Shown one piece after another: positions 1-12,237 of a stretch of DNA of 64,000 nt. The translations under genes and the position numbers were made by a program. Source of the stretch: Octopus vulgaris. Its lineage: Eukaryota. The notes beneath the pieces are model-generated. The model made no database searches. It had not been told where the DNA came from and worked only from the letters and a program-made list of their open reading frames with translations. Position 1 is the first letter of the stretch, and the number at the start of each line of letters is the position of its first letter. The stretch spans positions 47,182,001 to 47,246,000 of the forward strand of contig OX597836.1 of the NCBI GenBank assembly GCA_951406725.2, read 5' to 3'.

Positions 1-235
1 CGGTTTCCCGGTTTCCTTGGCGTATAGGTTCCCCACCTAGACAGGACGCCGGTCCGTCACAGGTGAGCTGCTAGATGCAGGAGGAAAGAGTAAGAGAAAG
101 TTGTGGCAAAAGAGTCAGCAGGAGTTCGCCATTACCAAAGTTTCACTCATAAACACACACATCGCCCGGTCTGAGATTCGAACCCGCGACCTCTTGACCA
201 CGAGTCTACTGTTCTAGCCACTGGGCAATATACTT
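1..235 (-). mobile_element. Degenerate tRNA-headed SINE (C-type head, tail shared with the 14030 and 62036 copies)
   Basis: Reverse complement has a tRNA-like head (cccagtggctagaacagtagactcgtggtcaagaggtcgcgggttcgaatctcagaccgggcg); the body matches 14030-14315 and 62036-62338. Confidence 0.7.
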
Positions 236-512
236 CTACAGTTTGATGTTGAGTGCAGATAATTCTATAGTAATAGAAACTAAGGCTAATTATTTCTCCA
301 CGGAATTTCGACAGATATTTTAATTGCTGGTTTACAACCCGAAGATAATCGGTAATGGGAATGGTTGGTGCCGAAGAAGAAACGGTAAAACACTGTAGTA
401 AAACCACTTAGAGTTTTATTATTTTATCGTCTATGTTCTGGTTTTGAATCTCAGAAAATTTGACCTTCATCCTGAATAAATATGCTAGTTATATACTGAA
501 CTTGAACGAAGT

Positions 513-1243
513 AGGCGTAGGAGTGGCTGTGGTGAGGGCGCGTGGCTTAGTGGTTAGGGCATTCGGCTCATGATCGTAAGGTTGTGAGTTCGATTCCTGG
601 CGACGCGTTGTGTCCTTGAGCAAGACACTTTATTTCACGTTGCTCCAGTCCACTCAGCTGGCAAAAATGAGTTGTACTTGTATTTCAAAGGGTCAGCCTT
701 GTCACTCTCTGTGTCACGCTGATTATCCCCGAGAACTACGTTAAGGGTACACGTGTCTGTGGAATGCTCAGCCATTTGCACGTTAATTTCACGAGCAAGC
801 TGTTCCGTTGATCGTATCAGCTGGGACCCTCGTCGTCGTAACCGGCGGAGTCTTTTTTAAGGAGTGGCTGTGTGGTAAGTAGCTTGCTTACCAGCCACAT
901 GGTTCCGAGTTCAGTCCCACTGCGCGGCACCTTGGGTCTTCTACTATAGCCTCGGGCCGACCAAAACCCTGGTGAGTGGATTTGGTAGACGGAAACTGAA
1001 AGAAGCCCGTCGTATATATGCATATATGTTTGTGTGTGTGTGTGTGTGTGTTTGTCCCCCCCGCTAACATCGCTTGACAACCGATGCTGGTGTGTTTACG
1101 TCCCCTTAACTTAGCGGTTCAGCAAAAGAGACCGATAGAATAAGTACTAGGCTTACAAAGAATAAGTCCTGGGGTCGATTTCCTCGACTAAAGGCGGTGC
1201 TCCAGCATGGCCACAGTCAAATGACTGAAACAAGTAAAAGAGT
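513..1243 (+). mobile_element. SINE family A interrupted by a SINE family D insertion (about 537-859)
   Basis: A head aggcgtaggagtggctgtg at 513; D element with A box tggcttagtgg, B box gttcgattcc and gtgtccttgagcaagacac core. The 13-bp target duplication aggagtggctgtg occurs at 518 and 860. A ends in a (gtaaaaga) tail. Confidence 0.85.
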
Positions 1244-1709
1244 ACTCTTTTACTCTTTACTCTTTTACTTGTTTCAGCCATTTGACTGCGGCCATGCTGG
1301 AGCACCGCCTTTAGTCGACCCCAGGCCTTATTCTTTGTAAGCCTAGTACTTATTCTATCGGTCTCTTTTGCTGAACTGCTAAGTTACGGGGACGTAAACA
1401 CACCAGCATCGGTTGTGAAGCGATGTTGGGGGGACAAACACAGACATACAAACATATATATATACATATATACGACGGGCTTCTTTCAGTTTCCGTCTAC
1501 CAAATTCACTCACAAGGCCTTGGTCGGCCCGAGGCTATAGTAGAAGACACTTGCCCAAGGTGCCACGCAGTGGCAGTGAACCCGGAACCATGTGGTAGGC
1601 CCGAGGCTATAGTAGAAGACACTTGCCCAAGGTACCACGCAGTGGGAGTGAACCCGGAACCATGTGGTTTGTAAGCAAGCTACTTACCACACAGCCACTC
1701 CTACGCCCT
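1244..1709 (-). mobile_element. SINE family A, tail-to-tail with the previous copy, with an internal ~71-bp tandem duplication
   Basis: Reverse complement of the family A consensus; ggcccgaggctatagtagaagacac...ccatgtggt repeated at about 1526 and 1598. Confidence 0.85.
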
Positions 1710-1954
1710 AAAATATAAAAATCTTTTCACCAAAGCAAACAAGGCAGACAACTCCAGTGGAACAAAGACCTTTACTATTGCCCATTGCCGCCATAGAAAG
1801 GTTACACAGTGTATTACTTCACAATTGCTTATTGGCATTGTAGAAACTAACTTCTATATAGAAATGTTTATTAAAAAATGCTCTGCTTTTGAGAAAAGAA
1901 AATGATGTCAGCTAATAATCCAATTGTTTCCCTTGTTTGTCAGCTAGAAAACAA

Positions 1955-2168
1955 TCCTTTCTGCTATAGGCACAAGGCCTGAAATTTCTTTGGGGTGGGG
2001 ATAATCGATTGTGTCGATCCTAGTACGTAGTTGATACTTATTTTATCCACCCGAAAGGACGATAGACAAAGTTGACTTCGGCGGAATTTGAACTCAGAAC
2101 GTAAAGACGGGCGGAATGCTGCAAAGCATTTTGCCCGGTTTGCTAACGATTCTGCCAGCTCGCTGCCT
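1955..2168 (-). mobile_element. SINE family B (tRNA head, Nin/Deu-like central domain)
   Basis: Reverse complement ggcagcgagctggcagaatcgttagc...ttctgagttcaaattccgccga; central domain resembles gcctttcatcctttcggggtcgataaa-taagtaccag. Confidence 0.75.
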
Positions 2169-2983
2169 TTGACGGCTAGATAATAATGTAACTGAGACAC
2201 TAATGTTTCCCTCCACCCCAGTAGACATTTTGACCTTCGTGTTGTTATCTATAATGTTGTAGACGTTTGAAATAACCAAACCTACTTCTTTATTACTTAA
2301 ATATACAGTAAGCGCCACTTCATAATCAGATTATAAAACAATTGAATATTTGACCTCTTGATAAGGCTAAAATAGATCACTGCCCGCTTTCGCCTTCCTA
2401 CAGTAAAGATTTTATTTCATTTATCTAATAAATCTTGAGGAAACATGACTCCTATAATATAATTTTCTTTTATAACTTGATGGTCTTAAATAAATTAATA
2501 TTTTGCCTAATTATAGAATGGAGTAAAAACAAATCTTATTGTGAAAATTCTATTAAAAGAAACATCCTGTGGAACATAAAGTTTCCATTAAATCCATAAT
2601 TAATGCTTCATATCTGCCTAATCTTCCTACCAATGAGATGACATTTTAAATTATTTTATCTCCATCGTAAACTTAGGAGAACAAACCTTATTAATTAAAA
2701 TAATCAGTATTTAAAACTTCTCTAGCAACCAGCTATTAATAGGCAATAATTAGCAAAGCAACCGTCGTTAGCTCGGTTCGAAAATACAAAGTTTATTTAA
2801 TTATCTCTTAGTGAATACATGACATCATAATGGCGAATATTTAATTTCTGTTCCTCCTATAAATTGTCTTTATCTTTTTTTCTGAATCACATATTAATGT
2901 TCAACTCCTTGATCTGCACTTTATGTCCAGCAAAAAGAATGATAAATCATTTTTTTGTTCCACTAAGATATGCATACACACAC

Positions 2984-3023
<40 letters not shown>

Positions 3024-3024
<1 letters not shown>

Positions 3025-4030
3025 CGAGGCGCATTCCAGAAGTTTTGAGACTTAAGGAGAGGCTGTCATAACTGTCCTAGATAACTGTAATCTCAGTATA
3101 GCATTACTATATATTTCTTTACTACCCACAAGGGGCTAAACACGGAGGGGACAAACAAGGACAGACAAACGGATTAAGTCGATTACACCGACCCCAGTGC
3201 GTAACTGGTACTTAATTTATCGACCCCGAAAGGATGAAAGGCAAAGTCGACCGCGGCGGAATTTGAACCCAGAACGTAACGGCATACGAAATACGGCTAC
3301 GCATTTCGCCCGACGTACTAACGATTCTGCCAGCTCGCCACCTTTGTATAGCATTACTATGTGTCTAATTAGCTGACATGCCAGCATTTGTTATTCCTGA
3401 TTGAAAGTGACGGCTGTTACAGCACATTATATACATCCTACGAAACGCTGCCTCTCGCAGTTGACAGGTTCACAGAATGCAATCGGGACGCCAAGTCTGT
3501 TTGGTAAACGGGAGAAAAACGCTACAGGAACTTATGAAATACTCCAGACTGCTTTATGGATTAATTCGTACGAACCGAGAAGAGGCCAGGCAAAGCAAGT
3601 CCACGGGGAAGCTCATAATGATTTCTTCTTTCGACAGTAAGCGCATCATCTGCATCCATAGGGTTGTTTCTGGCTAGACAGTCAACAAAGAGTGCTTTGT
3701 GAAGATTTTGAGGGAGTTCAGTTAGAGATTTCGCTCAAAAGATCAGAGCAACTGCACCAGTACACAGTTCCCTGTTATCCATGGCTCACTTCCTGCGTTC
3801 ACGATGTTTCATCAACCAAGATGAGGTAGAAGCTTCAGTGAAGGAGTTCTTCACCTCGAAGGACAAGAACTAGTGTCAGCATGCGATCAAAGGACCCAAC
3901 CCGCCAAAAGTGGTGGCTTCAGACCGGTGCAACACGATGGCCTCTACTTTGAATGCTTGGCTACTTTAGATGTAATTTGACAAATGGAGCAAATACCAAA
4001 ATATTGCGAAACTTTAAACTCATCCCAATG
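3024..4030 (+). pseudogene. Mariner transposon relic(s) with a nested SINE B (3112-3342)
   Basis: Translations ARQSKSTGKLIMISSFDSKRII...*TVNKECFVKILREFR and MAHFLRSRCFINQDEVEASVKEFFTSKDKN...HDGLYFE resemble mariner DDD transposases; mariner-like terminus acgaggcgcattccagaagttt. The SINE has a 15-bp TSD gtatagcattactat. Confidence 0.7.
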
Positions 4031-4147
4031 TGAGTGTGTGTGTATGTGTGTGTGTGTGTGTGTGTGCAATGATTGTTTTTATGTGGAGTTACAATAAGAG
4101 TAATTTTACATTGGAGGATTATTCAACTTTTTTGTTGAGTGTATATT

Positions 4148-4282
4148 TATTATTCTTTAACAAGAATAGTGTTAATAGTAACTTTGAGTTTATACAAAGC
4201 TAAGATGAGCTCCCATGTAGCACAGCCCGATATCGGCTTACAGGGTCGAAGCTATGAAGTTACTGTCAATACTATTCTTGTT
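4148..4282. repeat. Small foldback with ~26-bp inverted arms
   Basis: aacaagaatagtgttaatagtaactt versus aagttactgtcaatactattcttgtt. Confidence 0.6.
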
Positions 4283-4595
4283 GAATAATGCTATATTTGT
4301 GTGTACGCGTGTGTGTATGTGGGGGGGGGGGGGGGCGGTGTAAATAACACGGTTGGAAGAGGTTGTTGAGTTCTACAATTGTTTCAAAAACACATCCGAT
4401 GTATTTTACGTAACATTACGAATATCCCGTAACATTCCGGTGTGCTTTATCCTTGGGTATGTATGACATTTTAGCTGAAAATAATTTGTCACAGAGGAGA
4501 ATACAAAACCGGACAAGCAGACAAAATGAAAAAAGTGGGAGTGAAGAGTAGAAATTTATATATATGTGCCTATTATTATATGTAAATAGAGATAA

Positions 4596-4699
4596 GTATA
4601 CTTCAGCAGTACATATGCTAAAATTGCCACGATACAGACATTAGCATGGTCCCTGCACAAGGGTGACGCGCAAATTAGTGAAGCGTTTCATATATTTTT
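4596..4699 (+). pseudogene. U6: U6 snRNA pseudogene, near full length
   Basis: cttcagcagtacatatgctaaaattgccacgatacagacattagcatggtccctgcacaagggtgacgcgcaaattagtgaagcgtttcatatattttt aligns to canonical U6. The ACAGAGAAGA region is damaged, so probably non-functional. Confidence 0.9.
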
Positions 4700-4950
4700 A
4701 GGCGCAGACGTGGCTGCGTGGTAAGAATCTTGCTTCCCAACCACATGGTTCCGGGTTCAGTCCCACTGCGTCGCACCTTGGCCTAGTGTCTTCTCCTATA
4801 GCCTCAAGCCAACCAAAACCTTGAGAATAGATTTAGTTGGCAGAAACTGAAGGAAGCATGTCGTATAAGTGTGTGTATGTGTATGTGTGTGTTTGTCTGT
4901 GTGTGTGTCTTTGTATCTGTGTTTGTCCCCCACCACCGCTTGACAACTAT
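4700..4950 (+). mobile_element. SINE family A, 3'-truncated, starting directly after the U6 oligo-T
   Basis: aggcgcagacgtggctgcgtggtaag...ggttccgggttcagtcccactgcg head. Confidence 0.8.
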
Positions 4951-5706
4951 TTTCAAAATAAAAGTCGTATATATCTGAGGGGAAACCATATCAGACAGTT
5001 ACAGGACATTCGTAATGTTACGTGAGATCCATCTTATGTGCTTTTGAAACAATTGTAGTATTCGACTACCCTTTCAATCCTTTTTATTTACAGATTTGAT
5101 TATCGAATTATAAGCAAATTTTGTTAATTTTGAAATGGAGTTGTACAGCACCTGTCATCGGAAACCACTTATCAGAATTTGCTGCCTAATCTCGATACGG
5201 GACAAACAGTGTTTGATGTATTGATTGATAAATGTTTGGAGCCATTATTGAGTCATCCGTTTTTCCATACAAGCCGTGTTTATGCTGGAGGCTAACGAAC
5301 TGCACTTTAAAATCACTCGATAGATCCTACATTGTGTTTGCATGTGTGTATGTGTGTGTGAAAAAGAGATAGAGAGAGAGTGAGTGTGTGTTTGTGTGTG
5401 CGTTTTTTTGTGTGTGAGTGAGTGTGTATGTGTGTGTATATGTGTATGTGTGGTGTGTGTGGATGCGTGTGTGTACGTGTATGTGTGTACGTGCGTCTGT
5501 GTGTGTGTGTGTGTGGACTTATATCCAGAAACCCAATAACAAACCATTCTCTTTAATCTCGTGCAACACACATACCATCACACATACCATCACAATCAGC
5601 TTAACATAAAACCTACGTAAAAAAAGATTAACTTTCCCCTTCACAAACAGAAAATACTTCAGTTGCTAACTTTACAAAAAAATCTTTTGTGAGTCCCACA
5701 ACGAGA

Positions 5707-6330
5707 ATATTGGTTTCAAGTTTTGGCACAAGGCCAGCAATTTCGTGGGAGAAGGCAAGTTGATTATATCGACTCCATAGCTTAACTGGTACTTATTTTA
5801 TCGACCTTCAACGAATGAACGGCAAAGTCAACCCCGGCAGCATTTGAACTCAGGACGTTAAGTCGGACAAAATACCGCTAAGCATTTTGTCCAGCGCACT
5901 AACGATTCTTATTTCTTTATTGCCCACAAGGGGCTAAACATAGAAGAGACAAACAAGGACAGACAAGGGGATTACGTCGATTACATCGACCCCAGTGCGT
6001 AACTGGTACTTAATTTATGGACCCCGAAAGGATGAAAGGGAAAATCGACCTCGGCGGAATTTGAACGCAGAACATAACAGCAAACGAAATACCTATTTCT
6101 ATTTCTTTACTACCCACAATGGGCTAAACACGGAGAGGACATACAAGGACAGACAAATGGATTAAGTCGATTATATCGACCCCAGTGCGTAACTGGTACT
6201 TATTTAATCAACCCCGAAAGGATGAAAGGCAAAGTCGACCTCGGCGGAATTTGAACTCAGAACGCAGCGGCATACGAAACACTGCTAAGCATTTCGCCCG
6301 GCGTGCTAACGATTCTGCCAGTTCGCCGCC
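5707..6330 (-). mobile_element. Cluster of three SINE B copies in tandem
   Basis: Three repeats of the gtacttat...cgaccccgaaaggatgaaaggcaaagtcgacctcggcggaatttgaac block. Confidence 0.8.
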
Positions 6331-6758
6331 TTTCCACTTCGAGAATATTGTCAAACATCTAAGACGCTCTTGCTGCTGCACACACTAACATCCAAAACTG
6401 TAACCCACAGAAAACTGTCCGAATGATTTAACAAACAAATTCCTCTTCAACACCTGACCAACAGGTGGGCCTTTTTCTTCTCGCCTTGCCTTTGCTACCG
6501 TACTTCAGTAGTCTCTGCTCGTCCAGGCAAACCCACCCAACACACCCATAACTCATCTTTTCATTATCTACACTCCCTAACATCTCAGGCCGTTAACCCT
6601 CATGAAATCCATGCCTATCTCCGTTTTATTTTAGTTCCTATAGTCATTAAGTGACAGATGTTGAAACTGAGCATCAACAGCAGTGAATGACACTTCGGTT
6701 TGTAATCAATTAATAAACTCTGCTACATATATTTAGCAGCTTGTTTTTAAATCCCAAT

Positions 6759-6800
<42 letters not shown>

Positions 6801-7019
6801 GTATATAAGTAGATATATTATGCATGCATAATATGTGTGCACGTGTGTGTGTATGTACGTGTGTGTATGTATATTAAGCGTACGTGTTTCAGTCAGTCTG
6901 TACGAGTCGACCATATTAGTACAACCGTCTGATTTATTACCACGTAGAAATGTATAACAATAAATAGGAAGACGGTTAAATACTCTTACACACACAACCA
7001 TATATCTGTACATAAGCAT

Positions 7020-7175
7020 GCATATATATATATATATATGCATGTATATGTATGTAAATGTATTATGTATTTATATATATGTATATATGTATGTATATAT
7101 ATATATATATATTGATTGATTGATTGATATATATATATATATATATATATATGCATGTATGTATACGTATATATA

Positions 7176-7223
<48 letters not shown>

Positions 7224-7238
7224 GTATGTATGTATATG

Positions 7239-7282
<44 letters not shown>

Positions 7283-7384
7283 ATTATATATATATATGTA
7301 TGTATATATATATATAGATACATACATATATTACATTATATGGATATACGCAGACTATTAAGCATTCTCTTTATTCTCCCGCAC

Positions 7385-7428
<44 letters not shown>

Positions 7429-7493
7429 CATATACACAAAACTAAGAAGAATGACCACTAAAGTGGACACTTAATATGCTAAACATAGACGTC

Positions 7494-7547
<54 letters not shown>

Positions 7548-7552
7548 GGGTG

Positions 7553-7605
<53 letters not shown>

Positions 7606-7696
7606 ATAGATAAATAGATATGTGTGTATGAATGTATGTACGAGTATATATGTATACATACATATATATGTATATATGTATGAATGTATGTGTATG

Positions 7697-7743
<47 letters not shown>

Positions 7744-7755
7744 TATATATATATA
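7020..7755. repeat. Compound microsatellite (TA)n/(GA)n/(GATA)n/(ATGT)n
   Basis: Direct inspection. Confidence 0.95.
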
Positions 7756-7900
7756 AATATCGTGTACATTAAAACACATTAAGAAGCTTCCAAATAGGAA
7801 AGCCTTGTGCTAGAAAGAGCAGTAGAAAACGCAAACCACTAATTATGGATAAATTCTCGAAAGGAATGAAAATTAAAAACGTTTATCATCTAATTTAGTT

Positions 7901-7966
7901 CCTAGACCATGGTTTCTGACTAATTCCAGTAAAAAATATTTACTGAGGCTAGTCTTCGTCAGTAGG
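7901..7966 (-). ncRNA. Type I hammerhead ribozyme motif (left arm)
   Basis: Reverse complement: ccta CTGACGA a gactag-cctcagtaaa-tatt-ttttactgga-attagtc a GAAA C CATG G TC tagg. Confidence 0.75.
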
Positions 7967-8176
7967 TAGCCTTTAGATTTCAACTATACACACAACTAGA
8001 TCCGCATGTAAACTAGCTGCCCGTATATCCTAAATTTTCAAAACCACTGCACAGGAAATAAACTTCTGTCGCCGTAAATAAACTGCATCTGCGCAGTGGT
8101 TTTGAAAAATTAGGATATACGGGCAGCTAGTTTACATGCGGATCTAGTTGTGTGTATAGTTGAAATCTAAAGGCTA

Positions 8177-8243
8177 CCTACTGACGAAGACTAGCCTCAG
8201 TAAATATTTTGTTACTGGAATTAGTCAGAAACCATGGTCTAGG
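8177..8243 (+). ncRNA. Type I hammerhead ribozyme motif (right arm), predicted cleavage after GUC at 8239
   Basis: Stem I ccta/tagg; core CTGACGA at 8181-8187; extended stem II (gacta/tagtc plus cagtaa/ttactg); GAAA at 8228-8231; minimal stem III with palindromic CATG loop. Confidence 0.78.
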
Positions 8244-8484
8244 GACTAAATTAGATGATAAACGTTTTTAATTTTCTTTCCTTTCGAGTATTTATCCCTA
8301 ATTAGTGGTTTGAGCTTTCTACTCCTCTTTCTAGCACAAGGCTTTCCTATTTGGAAGCCTCTTAATGCATTTTAATGTACACGATATTTTTATGTGAATA
8401 ATATATAGTCTATTGACTAATTTTTTTGTGCTAGGCCACTGGTAATAATAATTTCTATAATTCTTATTATTATTAATATATATT

Positions 8485-8559
<75 letters not shown>

Positions 8560-8574
8560 ATGTATGTATGTATG

Positions 8575-8620
<46 letters not shown>

Positions 8621-8702
8621 ACTGTATGTATGCATATATATGTATGTATATGTATATATGTATGTATGAATGTATGTGTATGTATATATATGTATGTATG
8701 TC

Positions 8703-8755
<53 letters not shown>

Positions 8756-9449
8756 CTCAACTCATACTTACGTGCTGAAGCTCTCCGTTTACATCATTTA
8801 TTCATCATACTCTTTCACACCTCACCTATAATAGTGATTTCCTTCAAAAGTTTTCTCTTATTCTCGTTTAAAAGGTGAATTTATCACTGACGTGTGGCTA
8901 TAACCAAAACATGAATATTCATTACAATGGCTGTTCGATGCAAATGAAGAAAATTGTTTATAGCATTTCGTATATTTGGTGCTTACGTTTCTTGTTTTCG
9001 TCATCGAGATTGAATGAAAGCGACGATAAATTATGATCATTCTGACCGATTAGAATTCAGTGTATGTTTTGATTTCATTCTCAGAATGACCTTATTAATT
9101 TATATGTCGAGCTAATGTGTCGCCTCTTTTACAAAGGGAAACTGTCCGTTTATTGATTGTGTCGCATTTTATCCCTCCTACTCGGCCCATAAGGAAGAAT
9201 TTAAACTCCATGGGTCGGATGAACTTACCATTGTTTTCTACACTACAAGCTAACTTTCAAAACCCATTAATTAGAGATTTTTTTCTGCGCTGTAGGACAC
9301 TGAACTGTGCGTACACATACAGTATAACTATTTGCAGGCAGATGTAAGTTAAAAATATTTCGGTATCTTGCACAGGTATATTGTTATAATGTTATAAATG
9401 GAAATGATTTCTGAACATTTCTGTCATTGGTTCGACCTACTACAACATC

Positions 9450-9672
9450 TGGCAGAAACGTTAGCACGCCGGGCGAAATGCTTAGCGGTATTTCGTCTGC
9501 CGTTACGTTCTGAGTTCGAATTCTGCCGAGGTCGACTTTGCCTTTCATCCTTTCGGGGTCGATAAATTAAGTACAGTTACGCACTGGGGTCGATATTATC
9601 GACTTGGTCCGTTTGTCTGTCCTTGTTTGTCCCTTCTGTGTTTGGCCCCTTGTGGGTAGTAAAGAAATAGGT
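9450..9672 (+). mobile_element. SINE family B
   Basis: ctggcagaaacgttagcacgccgggcg...ccccttgtgggtagtaaagaaatag. Confidence 0.85.
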
Positions 9673-9839
9673 ATTGAAAGGGAAAAGTCAGATCAGACGG
9701 CGGTGACAATATTAAAGAAAGGGAACAAAATATCTGGTTAACTGCAGAGACAAAATTTTGAAGTTATACCATTCGTCTTTAAGAATAATCAAATAAGAAT
9801 GAACTTTATACATTTTTCAGTGGATAACAAAGTGTAACA

Positions 9840-10300
9840 CGATTTTTGTCTTTGGGTAGTAACTGTTATTTCGTATTTGCTTACCCTTAAAAAGCATGAA
9901 AAATAGCTAATATTTCCTTCAAGCTTTGATTTCGTTACATTTATTCAAACCCCAAAGAATCCCACTCAACACATACCTATGATGCTCCCCCACTACTACT
10001 ACTCATCATCAGAGATCTACATATCGTTAACCACTAAGGCACCTGCTCAAGTGGTTACTGTCAAGCAAGTGACAAGCAAATCTGTGGTACTGAGCAAAAT
10101 ATTAACTATAACAATATTTCTGCTTCAGGAACTCAGCACTGAACCTGCTTGAAATGTAATGGAAAATAAGTCAGTTTCAAAACATTGGTGTCCAGGTTAC
10201 AAAAGCAAAGTTTGAAGGGGATAGTAGTGATTTCCTATGATTTCTAAAGAGAATCAAATAGGAAATAACACTTACTCACCAAAAAGACTAAATTTTTTGT
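9840..10300. mobile_element. Non-autonomous DNA element with ~90-bp imperfect inverted termini; a partial inverted copy lies at about 41170-41500
   Basis: gtctttgggtagtaactgttatttcgtatttg versus the reverse complement of caaataggaaataacacttactcaccaaaaagac; 41190-41500 matches the reverse complement of 9960-10290. Confidence 0.6.
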
Positions 10301-10701
10301 TAGACAGTGTATTTTGTTGGTTTCTCATTGAGAACATAGTTTTATCTAGCCTAAAAGAATTATTAAATGTTCTCCGTTTGTGTATTACACTAGCCAGTGT
10401 AATCCGTAATCGATTGAATTTTTCCCTAGGCAGGACTTGTACTCGTGCCGGCATAAAAGACTGAACGGTAGATTTTGACCACAGAATTAAGTGGAACAAA
10501 TTTGAACAAGATACATTTAGTGTTATGCGTTACCATTTCTATTGAGATCACTCTGTTCTCAACAAAAGAAGCCAGTTTTAGTTTCCACTTGAAAGCGTTT
10601 CACATTCGTTACTGATAATTTCAAGTAAAACAACAATGTCCGTACCTTCTATTTTATATTTCTTTAAAATGTACACACACATATATATATACATACATAT
10701 G

Positions 10702-10759
<58 letters not shown>

Positions 10760-10765
10760 TGTGTG

Positions 10766-10847
<82 letters not shown>

Positions 10848-11194
10848 CATACATACATTCACACATATGAAATATGTAGTTTAATCAGCAGATAGTAGAT
10901 TTTTCAAGGCGAGCTTGGGGATAACAAATGCAACAAGCTGAATTGATCCTTTTTTTAACAAGCTTGATAGAATCAAAATCATTGAAGACTCTCAGTGAAA
11001 ACTTATGATATACAGGGTTCTCCAATCAAATTCGTCATCAACTGTCATCATCAATTCGCCATCGTCAGCCTCAGTTACCTTACCTTCGATTACGTTATCG
11101 TCTGCAAAACCAATGGTCGCTCTCTAACCAGCCATAACAAACACCTTACATATATACATACATAGATAGGTACATACATACATACATACATACA

Positions 11195-11241
<47 letters not shown>

Positions 11242-11347
11242 TTTATAGAAGGAGCTTCTACAGGAATACATATATATATATATATGTAAACAGAATGAGA
11301 TAAAAATTCAAGGCTGTGAAAGATTTCAGAACATTTATATAGAGAAG

Positions 11348-11395
11348 GTCTTACAGCTGTTTCCGGGATATTTTAAATATCCCTTCATCGGAGAC
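11348..11395 (-). ncRNA. Type I hammerhead ribozyme motif (CCGAUGA variant)
   Basis: Reverse complement: gtct CCGATGA a gggatatt-taa-aatatccc g GAAA C AGCT G TA agac; perfect stems I and II, palindromic stem III loop, GUA cleavage triplet. Confidence 0.75.
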
Positions 11396-11692
11396 GGTGT
11401 GAGAGAATGGTTAAGCAATAGTTATTCTAGATAAGATATGAAATAGGGAGTGAAGTGGAGGAATGAAAATAGACGGGAGATATACAAGATATTGTATCTT
11501 CAGTTCCATCATTTAGGCACAATGGTATGCATATAAGATTCCTGTACCTTGTGATTAAGTTCCAATAGTATTTAAAATTGGTCATTCCAAGCAATGAGTA
11601 TGTAAATGGTGTTGACAAACTCTATGCTTGGAATGTGTATTGTAGAAGTATAACCAATTTATTGTACATAAATTTTAACAGCATAATATGTG

Positions 11693-11751
<59 letters not shown>

Positions 11752-11753
<2 letters not shown>

Positions 11754-12042
11754 AGGCGCAATGGCCCAGTGGCTAGGGCACCGGACTCGCGGTTTCGATT
11801 CACAGACCGGGCGTTGTGAGTGTTTATTGAGCGAAAACACCTAAAGCTCCACGAGGCTCCGGCAGGGGTGGTGGTGATCCCTGTTGTACTCTTCCGCCGC
11901 AACTTTCTCTCACTCTTTCTTCTGTTGGCCTGCTCGCTTAGCCAGCGGGGTGGCGTCATTTGAAGGCTAAAACAATGCGAAGCGCATTGTGACCAGCGAT
12001 GTGTAGCAACATCTGAGAGCGTGGTCGGTCACGGTGATCACG

Positions 12043-12047
<5 letters not shown>
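11752..12047 (+). mobile_element. SINE family C (tRNA head) with a distinct tail
   Basis: ggaggcgcaatggcccagtgg head; tail aaggctaaaacaatgcgaagcgcattgtgaccagcg...cacggtga. Confidence 0.75.
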
Positions 12048-12084
<37 letters not shown>

Positions 12085-12237
12085 TAATTTTGTGTGACTA
12101 TACCATACCTATGCCATATTTATTCGATGTGTGTTACGTAGGTTATATGTCTAACCTGAAAGTTTAGGAATTTCGTCTTAAAAAAAGTAACAATTCATCC
12201 TCCCCTTACCTACTACCATCAATATCATCACATTCAA

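Larger units (their letters stand above)
4339..5092. mobile_element. Old foldback/MITE-like element with ~95-bp imperfect inverted arms enclosing a U6 pseudogene and SINE A
   Basis: 4339-4433 (tgtaaataa...ctacaattgtttcaaaa...acgtaacattacgaatatcccgtaac) is the approximate reverse complement of 4998-5092. Confidence 0.65.
7752..8460. mobile_element. Foldback element with ~300-bp inverted arms, each carrying a hammerhead ribozyme (Penelope-like, non-autonomous)
   Basis: 7752-8054 is the near-perfect reverse complement of 8089-8392, with a ~35-nt loop; both ends abut TA-rich microsatellite. Confidence 0.85.

Noticed and set aside
6863-6945. Hammerhead relics here (minus-strand GAAACACGTA), at 4200-4255 and at 13220/13350
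   Set aside because: The core is too degenerate to support a call without a family consensus.
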